64,000 nt of DNA from a virus (Duplodnaviria; Caudoviricetes), in IMG/VR virus record IMGVR_UViG_3300021387_000648, positions 64,001-128,000 of that record. The stretch is one strand, 5' to 3'. Below, one piece after another: positions 27,486-37,726 of this stretch (position 1 is the first letter of the stretch; each line of letters opens with the position of its first letter). Position numbers and translations under genes: made by a program. The notes under the pieces are model-generated. The model made no database searches. It saw only the letters and a program-made list of their open reading frames with translations, and was not told the DNA's origin.

Positions 27486-29201
27486 ATGGAAAAGAGCCGA
27501 GCGAAAGCGATTGCGGACTACCGCAGGAGAAGAATACAACGGCTGAGAGCCAGATTCGACGATGATAACGACGAGAACAATGCCCCGGCACCGGCTGGCG
27601 GGCATGGAAATACAAAACTTCCGTTCGGACTTTGCCGGAGGGAAGGCATCAAGGTAGACCCGACTTGGACCCCGAAGGATGCGTGGAACGCTCTGGAAGG
27701 CAAGGGATACTCTGCCAAGGAAGCATATAAAGAACTGAAGGAAACCGGCAAGGTGGCACCGAAGGCACCGCAGAAGCCTGCGAGGACGCCTGCTGAGATC
27801 AAGAAGATGGGCAAGTCCGTTTCCGACCTGAAGAAGGCTATAAAGAAGCGTGACAAGCTTGAAAAAGAACTGGATACGGCCAACATCGAGATTTCGAGAG
27901 CGATTAACACCAAAGCGAGGTATGAGTCCGCGTCCGAAAAGTACAAGAAGATGGCCGACGAGATGGTCCAAAAGTACGGTTCCGAAGAAAACATTCCGTC
28001 CAAAAGAGAGGGAGAATACGGCTATCCTCCTTTGGCGAGCTATCAACTGTATCGTGACAACGAGAGAAGCTATGCCAAGGACGCCGAGAACATCGGAAAG
28101 ACGATCCCGGACCTGATGCAGAAGCACGAAGACCTTCAGAAACAGTTGGCTGAGTATCCGAGCAAAGAAGATCACAAGAAACAGTATGATCAGGCGGTTG
28201 ACGACCTGCTGTCCAGTTCTCCGTACACCGACAAGGTACGCGACTATAGAACAATCGAGGAAGAGTCTGAGGGCGCGAGGGAGATTCTGGAAAATGCAAA
28301 GAAGAATGTCGAATATGCCCAATCGCATATCGAGTTCTATGAATCGATGGCCCGGAGAGCAAGAGAACGTGGAGACGAGGAAACCGCGAAGTTCTATGAG
28401 GGCAACGGTCTTGCTGCCAACAGAAAGCTTCTCGAAGTCAATCAGGCCAATGTCGACAAGTACTCCAAGCAGGTCGAGGACTATGACAGACGGATGAACG
28501 AGGCAAAGGGCGACGCTGCGGACAAGGACTGGAAGCAGATTTATGAGCTTTCGGTCGAGAAAGACACCGTGCAGGATGGACCATATACCGAGCTTGAAAG
28601 AGCGGCTGAATCTCTGTCAAGGGAAAAGGTCAAATACGTTAATCCGGTCAAGTATATGACTCCGCCGTCAGAGGAGAAGATCATCTTCGACCTGCGCGGC
28701 AGTGACAAGACAAGCGGCTCCTGCGCTTCTCTGGCGTTTGCCTATTTCGTAAACAAGTCCGGATACAGGGTGCTTGACTTCCGTGGCGGAGCATCACGAC
28801 GGTTCTTCTCGTATAACTGCGGTGATGTGATCCGGAGACTTGGCGGAACGGTCACACACGACAGCGACGGCTTCAAAATCGCAAACGACCATCTTTCGCA
28901 GGTGGAAGAGGGCAAGGAGTACTATTTCGCGGCAGGAAAGCATGCTGCGGTTGTCAGAAAGAAAAACGGAAAGCTTGAGTTCCTCGAACTGCAAGACAGA
29001 ACTGGCGGATGGGAAGAGCTCAATGACTCCGTTCTCAAACAGCGGTTCAAGGTCAAAAGGACCAGCCGTCGCGGCAGTGAGTATTCGTATCTGATCAGCG
29101 GAGACAAGCTGACCGGAAACAAAGAGCTTATTTCCCTGACGGGATATATCAATACGGCATCGGACAAGCAGAAGAAAGGCGCTGGGGGTGGTATCAAGTG
29201 A
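27486..29201 (+). CDS. putative virion cargo toxin: Arg-rich leader + HGNT domain + papain-fold C-terminus
   Basis: GSCASLAFAY (Cys), GKHAAV (His), LELQ. Confidence 0.7.
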   Translation: MEKSRAKAIADYRRRRIQRLRARFDDDNDENNAPAPAGGHGNTKLPFGLCRREGIKVDPTWTPKDAWNALEGKGYSAKEAYKELKETGKVAPKAPQKPARTPAEIKKMGKSVSDLKKAIKKRDKLEKELDTANIEISRAINTKARYESASEKYKKMADEMVQKYGSEENIPSKREGEYGYPPLASYQLYRDNERSYAKDAENIGKTIPDLMQKHEDLQKQLAEYPSKEDHKKQYDQAVDDLLSSSPYTDKVRDYRTIEEESEGAREILENAKKNVEYAQSHIEFYESMARRARERGDEETAKFYEGNGLAANRKLLEVNQANVDKYSKQVEDYDRRMNEAKGDAADKDWKQIYELSVEKDTVQDGPYTELERAAESLSREKVKYVNPVKYMTPPSEEKIIFDLRGSDKTSGSCASLAFAYFVNKSGYRVLDFRGGASRRFFSYNCGDVIRRLGGTVTHDSDGFKIANDHLSQVEEGKEYYFAAGKHAAVVRKKNGKLEFLELQDRTGGWEELNDSVLKQRFKVKRTSRRGSEYSYLISGDKLTGNKELISLTGYINTASDKQKKGAGGGIK

Positions 29202-29479
29202 AGCGGATCTATAAGGAGAACAAGGACGACAAGGTTTGGTGGCTGGACAATGAGAAAGCGATTGGAGAATTCGCCTTTACGCTTGACAAGAAAACGTTCT
29301 ACAATCTGTTCGCGGACTATCCGGACAAACTGTCCGTGCAGGACTGGATCACGTTCAATGAGGAGAATGAGTATTGGGTGAAGTTCTTCAAAGAGAGGAA
29401 CGAGGACTATGTGATGAAGCACGCCGAAGAGCTTGAGAAGCTTGGGCGTGAAGACCTGATCAGGGCAATCATGAGCTGA
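29198..29479 (+). CDS. putative immunity protein (DUF7675-like)
   Basis: DKVWWLDN...YNLFADYP...ENEYW..FF; coupled to the toxin gene. Confidence 0.6.
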   Translation: MKRIYKENKDDKVWWLDNEKAIGEFAFTLDKKTFYNLFADYPDKLSVQDWITFNEENEYWVKFFKERNEDYVMKHAEELEKLGREDLIRAIMS

Positions 29480-29526
29480 GCGGGGTATCCGGCAGCAAAG
29501 AAGAGGGAGAATTAAATACGTATCTT

Positions 29527-29555
29527 AGACGTCACTGAAAGGTGGCGTCTTTTTT
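29527..29555 (+). terminator. intrinsic terminator
   Basis: AGACGTCACT-GAA-AGGTGGCGTCT followed by a T-run. Confidence 0.6.
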
Positions 29556-29577
29556 ATATCCAGGAGGAGCAAATAAA

Positions 29578-30294
29578 ATGCCGAGGAAAAAAACCGAGAC
29601 CGCACCGGTTGCTGAGGCAAAAAAGAAAAAACCGAGTACGGCAAGTAAAACCACAAGATCCCGAGAAAGCAAGGAGAAGACCACCGCGACAAAGAAGACG
29701 ACCGCCCAGAAGAAGCCGAGGACCAAAAAGGATCAGGCTCCCAAGGAGCAGAAAATTGAGGTTGTCGAGGGCGAAGTTGTACAGAAAAAAGCACCCAAGA
29801 AAAAGGGCGTAGGAGGAAATAACAATTTAGTTCCATTTTCGCAACGAACAGAGGACGAACAGAGAAAAATTGCTACAATGGGCGGTATTGCATCGGGAGA
29901 GGCAAGACGCAAGAAAAAGAACCTCAGAGAATTCGGAAGAGACTTCCTGATGCAGGCGACATCACCGGTCTTTCAAAGTCTGATGGAGACCCACCAAGTC
30001 GAGCAGGATGACATGACAAATGCTGCGGCTCTGTTCGTAAGGCTGTTCAACAAGGCGATGAGCACAGGGGACCTGAATGCCGCGCGGCAGGTTGTCGAAT
30101 GGGCAGGAATGGCACCGCTTCAGGAAATGAGGGAGAATGAGGCGGTCGCGAGAATGTCACAGGTGATCCAGCTTGCTCAGGGTGATACAGAAGATGAAGA
30201 AGAGGAAACGAGCGATGTGATCATCTATCTTCCGGACAATGGAATAAAAGTCGGAAGCCCGGAGGACTACGGACTGAACCTCACCGAGGAGTGA
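29578..30294 (+). CDS. terS: terminase small subunit (putative)
   Basis: NL.PF..RT.DEQR.IA.MGG.ASG.ARR; immediately upstream of terL. Confidence 0.7.
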   Translation: MPRKKTETAPVAEAKKKKPSTASKTTRSRESKEKTTATKKTTAQKKPRTKKDQAPKEQKIEVVEGEVVQKKAPKKKGVGGNNNLVPFSQRTEDEQRKIATMGGIASGEARRKKKNLREFGRDFLMQATSPVFQSLMETHQVEQDDMTNAAALFVRLFNKAMSTGDLNAARQVVEWAGMAPLQEMRENEAVARMSQVIQLAQGDTEDEEEETSDVIIYLPDNGIKVGSPEDYGLNLTEE

Positions 30295-30300
30295 TGACCG

Positions 30301-31707
30301 ATGGCGACAAGGACTCTGCGTCCCCAAGAAGGTCCGCAGACGGCTTTTCTTGCCAGTTCGGCTTCTGTAACCATATATGGCGGAGCTGCGGGCGGAGGAA
30401 AAACCTACGCAGAGCTTTTGGCACCGCTGAGATACAAGGACGTCAAGGGCTTTAACTATACCATTTTCAGACGCGAGTATAAGCAGATCTTCAACGCTGG
30501 CGCACTCTGGGACGAGGCGATGGAGATGTACTCCGGAATCAGGAGGGCCGTGCCGAAGTACACGACCGGCCAATGGCTGTTCCGGGACAAGAAGGGAAGC
30601 GTCGTATCAAAGATTACCTTTGCCCATATCGAGAACGACCTTGCCGTTCACACATATCAGGGCTCTCAGCTATGCGGCATTGCTTTTGACGAACTGACGC
30701 ACTTCACGGAAAAGCAGTTCTTCTATATGCTGACCCGTAACAGAAGTACGTGTGGTGTGCCTCCGTTTGTCCTTGCGACAACGAACCCGGACGCGGACTC
30801 CTGGGTGGCAGAATTCATCTCATGGTGGATCGATCAGGAAACCGGATATGCGATACCGGAAAGAAGCGGCGTGATCCGCTGGATGGTCCGAATTGACGAC
30901 AAGGTAAGATGGGGCGATTCAAGGGAAGAACTGATAGAGACCTATCACCTTACCACAAAAGAAGAGCTGGCAATGATCAAGTCGGTGACCTTCATTGCTT
31001 CGAGTATCTATGATAACAAGGCCCTGCTGAAATCTGACCCGTCCTATCTTGGCAACCTGATGATGCAGCCGGAAGTCGAAAGAGAGAGACTTCTCAAAGG
31101 GAACTGGAAGATCAAGGCGGCAGCGGGACTCTATTTCAAGCGCTCTCAGGTTACGATGGTGGATGAAGATCCCTTGATGATGAGGGAGATTGTCCTGACG
31201 TGCAGAGCGTGGGACCTTGCGGCAACAGAAGACGACGCGGCAAAAGACCCAGACTACACGGCTGGCGTCCTGATGGGCCGATTCAAGAGCGGGGAAGTAA
31301 TCGTTCTGGATGTGATTAATCAGAGAGTCAAGGCTGGCGAGGTCGAAAAGCTTATCTATAACACGACTGTAGCGGACGCGCAGAAATACGGCTTTGCCTA
31401 CAGAGTCCGTATCCCCCAAGACCCGGGCGCGGCAGGAAAGATCGTTGCCAATTCCTACGTGCAGAAGCTTTCCGGGTACTCCGTGATCACAGAGAGAGTA
31501 ACCGGCAGTAAGGTGAACAGGGCGACGCCGTTTGCGGCCCAGTGGCAGAACGGGCATGTGAAGGTTTTGAAGGGCGAGTGGAATGATATGTATTTCAAGC
31601 AACTTGAGTCATTCCCAGAATCCAAACACGACGATATGGTCGACGGTAGCTCCGACTCTTTCAATGAACTGAGCAAGCCGCTGTTTGACCCGAGCAATCT
31701 CATATAA
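30301..31707 (+). CDS. terL: terminase large subunit
   Basis: YGGAAGGGKT, FDELTHF, TTNP, AWDLAA, HDDMVD. Confidence 0.95.
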   Translation: MATRTLRPQEGPQTAFLASSASVTIYGGAAGGGKTYAELLAPLRYKDVKGFNYTIFRREYKQIFNAGALWDEAMEMYSGIRRAVPKYTTGQWLFRDKKGSVVSKITFAHIENDLAVHTYQGSQLCGIAFDELTHFTEKQFFYMLTRNRSTCGVPPFVLATTNPDADSWVAEFISWWIDQETGYAIPERSGVIRWMVRIDDKVRWGDSREELIETYHLTTKEELAMIKSVTFIASSIYDNKALLKSDPSYLGNLMMQPEVERERLLKGNWKIKAAAGLYFKRSQVTMVDEDPLMMREIVLTCRAWDLAATEDDAAKDPDYTAGVLMGRFKSGEVIVLDVINQRVKAGEVEKLIYNTTVADAQKYGFAYRVRIPQDPGAAGKIVANSYVQKLSGYSVITERVTGSKVNRATPFAAQWQNGHVKVLKGEWNDMYFKQLESFPESKHDDMVDGSSDSFNELSKPLFDPSNLI

Positions 31708-31732
31708 TTCTTTTGTAAGGTTGGTGTATCTG

Positions 31733-33292
31733 ATGGCCGACAAAGATGCGATTAGACGATACAAGCAAAGACGTGACGCCAGACTTGGCTTCAAGACATC
31801 CATGCACTATGACAGCGTGGACGAGTACAGGAGACGCCGCGCGGAACGTCTTGGAATCCGCCTTGACGCCGATGACGATGAAAACAAGGGTGGGACAGGC
31901 AGACGCGGCGGTCATGGAAACACCAAGATCCCCTTTGGACTCTGCCAAAGAGAGGGGATTGAGGTAAAGCCCGGATGGACACCGCAAGACGCATGGAACG
32001 CCTTGGAGGGCAAGGGCTATTCTGCGGGCGAGACGTACAAGGAACTGAAGCAGACGGGCAAGGTCTCCAAGAAAACCGGAGGCACGGCCAAAGCAGCAAC
32101 GCCGTGGAAGAAAGACTATGCTGCAATGGACTATGATACCATTGCCAAGGAGTACGAGGACCACAACCGCCGTTATAAGGAGTCAGAAGAAAAGTACCGG
32201 ACAAAGGACAAGAGCATCAAGGCAATCAATTCGATGGCAAAGCGCATCAAGACCATGAAGGAGCGCGGCGACTATCACGGAGAGAGCTATGAAGAGCTTG
32301 AAAAGGCTGCAAACCAAGATCCGTCTGACCTTGACGGAGACTCTTTTGCCCGGTACTATGCGCAGAACTTCGCAAAAAAGGCCATGGACATGTTCGGTCG
32401 CGATGTTTTTTCAAAGAGTGATGACGAAATTGCCAAGATGGCGGCGGAGAGAGTGGAAGAGCTTGAAAACATCAACTTTGCAACGCTTAACGAGGAGCGT
32501 GCCGCGATCCAGAAGGCGATGACCGAAAAGGCAAAAGAGAAGTATCCGAATATATCCGATTGTGATACGCCTACAGCCTTGGAGGCGAGGCTTCGAGGCG
32601 ACGACTTCTTCCAGACCGGAGACCTCCTGTCCGGCACGATGGCTTATCATGCTCTTGACACAAAAACGATCGGCGGCATCGGGAAGGCGATGGATGGCAT
32701 TAAGCAGAAGTTCCCGGAACTGAAAGGGAAACTGCATCCATTCCTCGTAGGCGATGATGTGGAAGCAAATGCGTATGCCCACTGCGAAATCAGCGCGTGG
32801 AGCGATGCGCAGGTTGTTTTGAGCAGCAAGAGATTCGGCGACGGTGAGAAGCTTCAGGAGAGCCTGAAGAACGACGTGAAGGAAGGCTTCCATCCGAGAG
32901 GGACGGCAAGCTTTGAGGCGGTTGTTACTCACGAGTACGGTCACGCAATCGACGACTGGCTGAGCAAAACGTACAAGGAAGAGCTTGGCGGAAAGCCGTT
33001 CTGCCAATATGTGATCGGCAGGATCATGGAAAACCACACGCATGAGGATAAATACAGTATCATGCGGAAGGTGAGCAAGTATGCGGTAAACAACAAGTCT
33101 CCTGAAGGAATGGAGTTCCTTGGCGAGGCGTTTTCGGAATACTGCTGCGCAAAGAAGCCGAGACCTATTGCAATGGAAGTGGGGCAGATTATGAAAGAGT
33201 TCATCCAAAACCCAAAGAGTGCTCTTGAACCGAAAAAGCCCAAGTGGACGTTTGCACCGCCAGACGACGAAGACGACGCCCCACTGTTTTAA
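31733..33292 (+). CDS. putative virion cargo: double Arg-rich leader + HGNT domain + zincin metallopeptidase
   Basis: THEYGHAID...SKYA...EFLGEAF. Confidence 0.75.
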   Translation: MADKDAIRRYKQRRDARLGFKTSMHYDSVDEYRRRRAERLGIRLDADDDENKGGTGRRGGHGNTKIPFGLCQREGIEVKPGWTPQDAWNALEGKGYSAGETYKELKQTGKVSKKTGGTAKAATPWKKDYAAMDYDTIAKEYEDHNRRYKESEEKYRTKDKSIKAINSMAKRIKTMKERGDYHGESYEELEKAANQDPSDLDGDSFARYYAQNFAKKAMDMFGRDVFSKSDDEIAKMAAERVEELENINFATLNEERAAIQKAMTEKAKEKYPNISDCDTPTALEARLRGDDFFQTGDLLSGTMAYHALDTKTIGGIGKAMDGIKQKFPELKGKLHPFLVGDDVEANAYAHCEISAWSDAQVVLSSKRFGDGEKLQESLKNDVKEGFHPRGTASFEAVVTHEYGHAIDDWLSKTYKEELGGKPFCQYVIGRIMENHTHEDKYSIMRKVSKYAVNNKSPEGMEFLGEAFSEYCCAKKPRPIAMEVGQIMKEFIQNPKSALEPKKPKWTFAPPDDEDDAPLF

Positions 33293-33311
33293 TTTAAGAA
33301 ACCGAAAAAGT

Positions 33312-33338
33312 GGCTGATCTGCGGATCAGCCTCTTTTT
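33312..33338 (+). terminator. intrinsic terminator
   Basis: GGCTGATC-TGCG-GATCAGCC followed by TCTTTTT. Confidence 0.65.
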
Positions 33339-33363
33339 GTCGTTATACAGGGAGGAATAAGCA

Positions 33364-36300
33364 ATGGATACTCTCGCAATTGCTCTGTACCGGCAGCGAA
33401 GGGAAGAACGCCTTGCTGCGCGTGGGATCAGAGTCAAGAAAAGGCAGTACCGAAAATCCAAGGACCTGAAAAAACTGGATAAACAGCCTCCGGTGCCGAC
33501 CTTCCGGAAAGACGCGGACGGAGACGATGATCAGCAGAACGAGCAGAAGCGAGGCGGTGGCGGCGGTCACGGTAATACGAAGCTTCCGTTCGGCCTGTGC
33601 CAGAAATACGGCATCGAGATCGGCGATGGATGGACGCCAAAGGACGCGTGGGATGCTTTGGCCGGTAAAGGTGTGACTCCCGGAGAGATTTACCGGAAAC
33701 TGAGAGCTGGCGAAGAGATCGGCCCGGACATCAAGACGGAGCCGCCGAAGAAAGACCCGGTCAAGACCGTGGACGGTTCCGGAGGCAAATACTATCTCAA
33801 AGACCTGAAGGCGCGTCAGACTTGGGGCTATCGCGGTGAAAGGCCGTGGGCTCTGGAAGGAACGCCGGAGTGGCATGATGATGTTCCGGAGGACGAAAGA
33901 CACGGATACCGGTCTACATGGCTTGGCAGATTCGCAACGCTGACAGACATGTATTACTTCCTGAAAAGGAAGGGCGTGGAAGAGTTCATGGACCCTGAGA
34001 CAGGAGAACTGGTGAATCCGGTCGAGATGGAGCTTCCGACCATGCTGTATTCGGACGGCGAGCGCGGATACAGTGCTATGGCGATCGGTATGAAGAAGGA
34101 CCTGTATGCAATCACCGGCACAGACTTTATGGGAAAGAAAAGGGCTGTGAAGGAGTTCCGGTCTCTGGAAGACGCAAAGCAGTGGCTTGAACGTCACGGT
34201 GTTTCCGAGGATGATGTGAAACTGTCTCCTGCACTCAAAAAGAGAGAGACGGAGCGTCTGAGCTGGCTGACTTCCGACCGGAAAGAATACATGGAGGTCG
34301 ACGGCGTCAGATACGGCGACCTGAGAATGCAGAAAGAGCGCTATGGCGGATGGTATGAGTTGTTCGGCGAAGATGAGGACGGACGACAGAAGAAACTGAG
34401 CTTCTCATCCAAGACCGAACTGCTGAAATACCTGAAGGATCAGGGCGTCGAGAAGGTCCGAGACCAAGACAAGAGCATTGTGAATCCGACCGAACTGGAT
34501 ATTCCGGATGCTCTTGTAAAAATCGACAACACATCTTATCAGAGCTTCGAGTACCAGCTTAGAGGCGGGGACCTGATACTTTACGGCATAGATCTTGACG
34601 GAGAAACACATTCCATCGACTACATGAGGAAGTACGAGACCTTCGAGGCCTTCCGGGAGAGGATGGCCGAAAAGGGCATTGAGTCCGACGACTGGATCAG
34701 CGAAGACGACGACGTCAAGGAGCATATCAAGAGAGTCAGGAAGGAGCAGGAGGATCAGGAACGCCGGAGGAAAGAGTTCCCGAGCAAGGCTGTTCCGGTG
34801 CTGGGCGGCATGTACATGGAGCCGAAACTGGTTTGGAACGGTCCCGGCAGTTCTTTGGAACTGAGAGGATACGACAGCTACGGCAGAGACTATTGCATCG
34901 CCACGCAGAGCAACATGGCTGACATGATCGACCTGATGGAAAAGAACGGACTGAATCCGGACGACCTTATCAAGGACCATGAGCTTCGGGCAGAATACGA
35001 CCGCATCGACAAGATCAGGAAAGACTTTGACGCTACGGCGGAAGACTTCGGATCTGGCAAGTATGCGGATATCTCTGTTTCTGTGGATAGTCTCGGGGAA
35101 TACCGCCTTGTCGGATACGAGAGAAGCGGCAAGCTGCGCAGACTCACCTACGGCGGCGACATGTATTCTCTCACGGACCAGATGGAAAAGGGCGGTATCA
35201 CAGATATCGACAAGTACATCAAGGATGACAAGATCCGTCAGGAGTACGAGACCTTCAAAAAGCGTATTGCAGAGTTCGAGCAGAAGGCAATCGATATCGA
35301 CGGCTACAGACTGTCAGACGTTGAAGTTGTGGCAGCGGATGACCCCGGCAAGTTCAAGGTGATCGGCTACGACAAGAAGGGCAGCAGGAAAACCATGTCC
35401 ATGAGCACGGACATGTATTCCACGGTTCGGTATGCCCAGTCGAGAGGATTGAATGTTGAAGACTTCATCAAGCAGCCGGAGGTCAAGCAGGCTTATCAGG
35501 AGTACAAGAAGATTCAGGAGAAGTTCGATTCTGAGGCCAAGGACTTCGGCGGCGAAAAGTATCTGGACCTGAAAATGGAGTATGACAGTGACGGATGGTA
35601 CCGTCTGAAGGGCACAGATATCCGAGGCAGACGCAAAACGATTGTCGAATCCACAAGCGCCTACACGATGGACGAGAAGCTCAAGACCTCCGGCATGAGC
35701 AGCGACCTGACGATAGATTCCTTTGATCCGTCCGAGAGTATGAAGGAGCGGAAAAAGGTTCTGCAGAAGGCCAAAGACGCGGTTGCGAGCGGCGAGTATT
35801 ATGACATGGGTATCGACGGTCAGGCCTTTAAGTCAATCCACGCGGACAAGATCGGGGACAAGTGGTCTATCAAGGGCGTGGACATCGACGGGAAGGAAAA
35901 ACAGATCATTGAGACCGCCGACTGGGATGAGACGGTAGACACCCTTGAAAAGTTCAATGTTAAGGACTACAAGCTTCTCACCAAAGACGGGACCTATGGC
36001 AGACCGGCAGACGGCATGCGTCACGTGATGCTGCTGAGAGGAACAGACGGATCGTTCCGGGTATATGCGGACAGCGCGTCCAAAGGAACGCACGCTGAGG
36101 TGTACTCCACGACGACCGAGGAAGCAGCCAAACAATGGCTTCGAGATAACAATGTGGATACCGGCAGCATCAAGACCAGAGGAATGAATCCGAACGACGA
36201 TGCACCGAGAAGCCACACCCAGCCGTCCCTGAGCAAGTTCGATGTGTACCGCATGGACCGGATCAGCAAGAGCTATATCGACGACCTGACAGCCGATGAA

Positions 36301-37095
36301 AAGAGCGAGATCGCCGAAATGCTGACAACGGTATTTCAGACGGGAGCTTATCGTGTAGCGAGAAGCACATCGAGCTTCGGCGCGATCATCGAGAACGGCT
36401 ATAAGAGCCAAGTAGAAACCGGAAAAGGCGGTTCCGGTGCTGCGCAGGACAAGGAGCTTAGAAAGAAAGCTTCGAAAATCTTCTACGGTCACGATGGCCT
36501 TGACGACAAGGATTATGAGAAGTGCGGTTATATCGGCTTTGCGGATGAAGCGGAAGACTGGGACGACAGCGCTCATCCGGGCTATGGCGGCAGAAGCCCC
36601 CTGACCTACACCCTGCGGAAAGACACTATGAAGGACCGCACGACCTACACCTACGGCGATTCACTGAATACGAGACGCTGGATGGCCTGCGCTGGCTATG
36701 CCGGGGACAAGCCGACAATCGAGGGCATGTCTGCATTGGACAGCGACTACTACGTCAAGAATGCTCTGGAATCCTACCGAAGGTACAAGAACGGCGAGAT
36801 CAGCTACAAGGAAATGTTCGATGATATCCGAAGGTATGCAAACAACGGGTACATTGAACTTCAATTCCACGGCCCCGTTACGGTTGCGGATATCGAGAAG
36901 GTCTCTTTCAACAGCAAGAAGGATCTGGAAGCGGCGTTCAACAAAATGTCCGACACCCGCAGAAAGAAAGTCATCGGCCTGCTGCGCCAGAACGGAGTCC
37001 AGCTGATCTATCGAGAGAACAGACGAAGCGAATTTCAGGACGCTTGGGAATGGATAAAAGATCAATATCCAGGTGACTTTTCGGCAGAAGTGTGA
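33364..37095 (+). CDS. putative virion cargo: Arg-rich leader + HGNT domain + tandem repeats + DUF3626/ART-like C-terminus
   Basis: Repeated L.G.D..G units; KSQVETG, RTTYTYGDSL, YIELQFHG. Confidence 0.7.
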   Translation: MDTLAIALYRQRREERLAARGIRVKKRQYRKSKDLKKLDKQPPVPTFRKDADGDDDQQNEQKRGGGGGHGNTKLPFGLCQKYGIEIGDGWTPKDAWDALAGKGVTPGEIYRKLRAGEEIGPDIKTEPPKKDPVKTVDGSGGKYYLKDLKARQTWGYRGERPWALEGTPEWHDDVPEDERHGYRSTWLGRFATLTDMYYFLKRKGVEEFMDPETGELVNPVEMELPTMLYSDGERGYSAMAIGMKKDLYAITGTDFMGKKRAVKEFRSLEDAKQWLERHGVSEDDVKLSPALKKRETERLSWLTSDRKEYMEVDGVRYGDLRMQKERYGGWYELFGEDEDGRQKKLSFSSKTELLKYLKDQGVEKVRDQDKSIVNPTELDIPDALVKIDNTSYQSFEYQLRGGDLILYGIDLDGETHSIDYMRKYETFEAFRERMAEKGIESDDWISEDDDVKEHIKRVRKEQEDQERRRKEFPSKAVPVLGGMYMEPKLVWNGPGSSLELRGYDSYGRDYCIATQSNMADMIDLMEKNGLNPDDLIKDHELRAEYDRIDKIRKDFDATAEDFGSGKYADISVSVDSLGEYRLVGYERSGKLRRLTYGGDMYSLTDQMEKGGITDIDKYIKDDKIRQEYETFKKRIAEFEQKAIDIDGYRLSDVEVVAADDPGKFKVIGYDKKGSRKTMSMSTDMYSTVRYAQSRGLNVEDFIKQPEVKQAYQEYKKIQEKFDSEAKDFGGEKYLDLKMEYDSDGWYRLKGTDIRGRRKTIVESTSAYTMDEKLKTSGMSSDLTIDSFDPSESMKERKKVLQKAKDAVASGEYYDMGIDGQAFKSIHADKIGDKWSIKGVDIDGKEKQIIETADWDETVDTLEKFNVKDYKLLTKDGTYGRPADGMRHVMLLRGTDGSFRVYADSASKGTHAEVYSTTTEEAAKQWLRDNNVDTGSIKTRGMNPNDDAPRSHTQPSLSKFDVYRMDRISKSYIDDLTADEKSEIAEMLTTVFQTGAYRVARSTSSFGAIIENGYKSQVETGKGGSGAAQDKELRKKASKIFYGHDGLDDKDYEKCGYIGFADEAEDWDDSAHPGYGGRSPLTYTLRKDTMKDRTTYTYGDSLNTRRWMACAGYAGDKPTIEGMSALDSDYYVKNALESYRRYKNGEISYKEMFDDIRRYANNGYIELQFHGPVTVADIEKVSFNSKKDLEAAFNKMSDTRRKKVIGLLRQNGVQLIYRENRRSEFQDAWEWIKDQYPGDFSAEV

Positions 37096-37101
37096 TATAA
37101 T
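37073..37101 (+). promoter_or_regulatory. promoter for the downstream small gene
   Basis: GTGACT-17-TATAAT with TG extension, overlapping the toxin stop codon. Confidence 0.6.
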
Positions 37102-37118
37102 ATAAAGGGTGATAAAAG

Positions 37119-37481
37119 ATGAAGCTGATAGGAAAACTGGATGGTCTTCCACTCTTTGAGATTGAGGAAGGAAAGTATATCGCCGTCAATCCGGACACGG
37201 AAACCTGCAAGGTCTTGTGGAGCTGGCTTGCGGTGCTTGGCAGATGGTACGACACCTTCGAGAAGTGCGAAGAGTGCGAAGATGAAGTGGCGTGCCTGCA
37301 TCTGATCGAGCAGAACAAGGAAGAGCTTGCGGAGCATCTGACCACCATTGGGAAAGAGAAAGAGTCGGACGACTTCCCAGAGTGGATGGAAAAGCAGCAG
37401 GAGTTTTATGACTGGCTGGACAGCAACCGGGAGTATGACTTCACGGAAGGCTACGTGGACGAGGAAGAGGACGAAGATTGA
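37119..37481 (+). CDS. acidic hypothetical protein (possible immunity)
   Basis: Follows the toxin-like gene and has its own promoter. Confidence 0.65.
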   Translation: MKLIGKLDGLPLFEIEEGKYIAVNPDTETCKVLWSWLAVLGRWYDTFEKCEECEDEVACLHLIEQNKEELAEHLTTIGKEKESDDFPEWMEKQQEFYDWLDSNREYDFTEGYVDEEEDED

Positions 37482-37546
37482 CAGTTCTCTTTTTGTTTCC
37501 ACGACGGATGACAAGCGGCACTTTATAAGTGCTTTAAGGTTTACGG

Positions 37547-37604
37547 TTTGTTCATGAAAGTGACACCTGCTTGTGATAAAATTACTATGATGGTATAGGT
37601 GTAG
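37547..37604 (+). repeat. 58-bp regulatory repeat, copy 2 (promoter-like)
   Basis: Near-identical to 17746-17803. Confidence 0.7.
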
Positions 37605-37726
37605 GGTGCAAAAGGAACCGACACCACCAAAGAAAACAATAGGACCCGGTAACGTTCTTGGCGTTACCGGGCTTTTTCTCTTTATGCGCAGAAGGGCGCT
37701 GCCCTTCCGGAAAGGAGGGCGCAACG

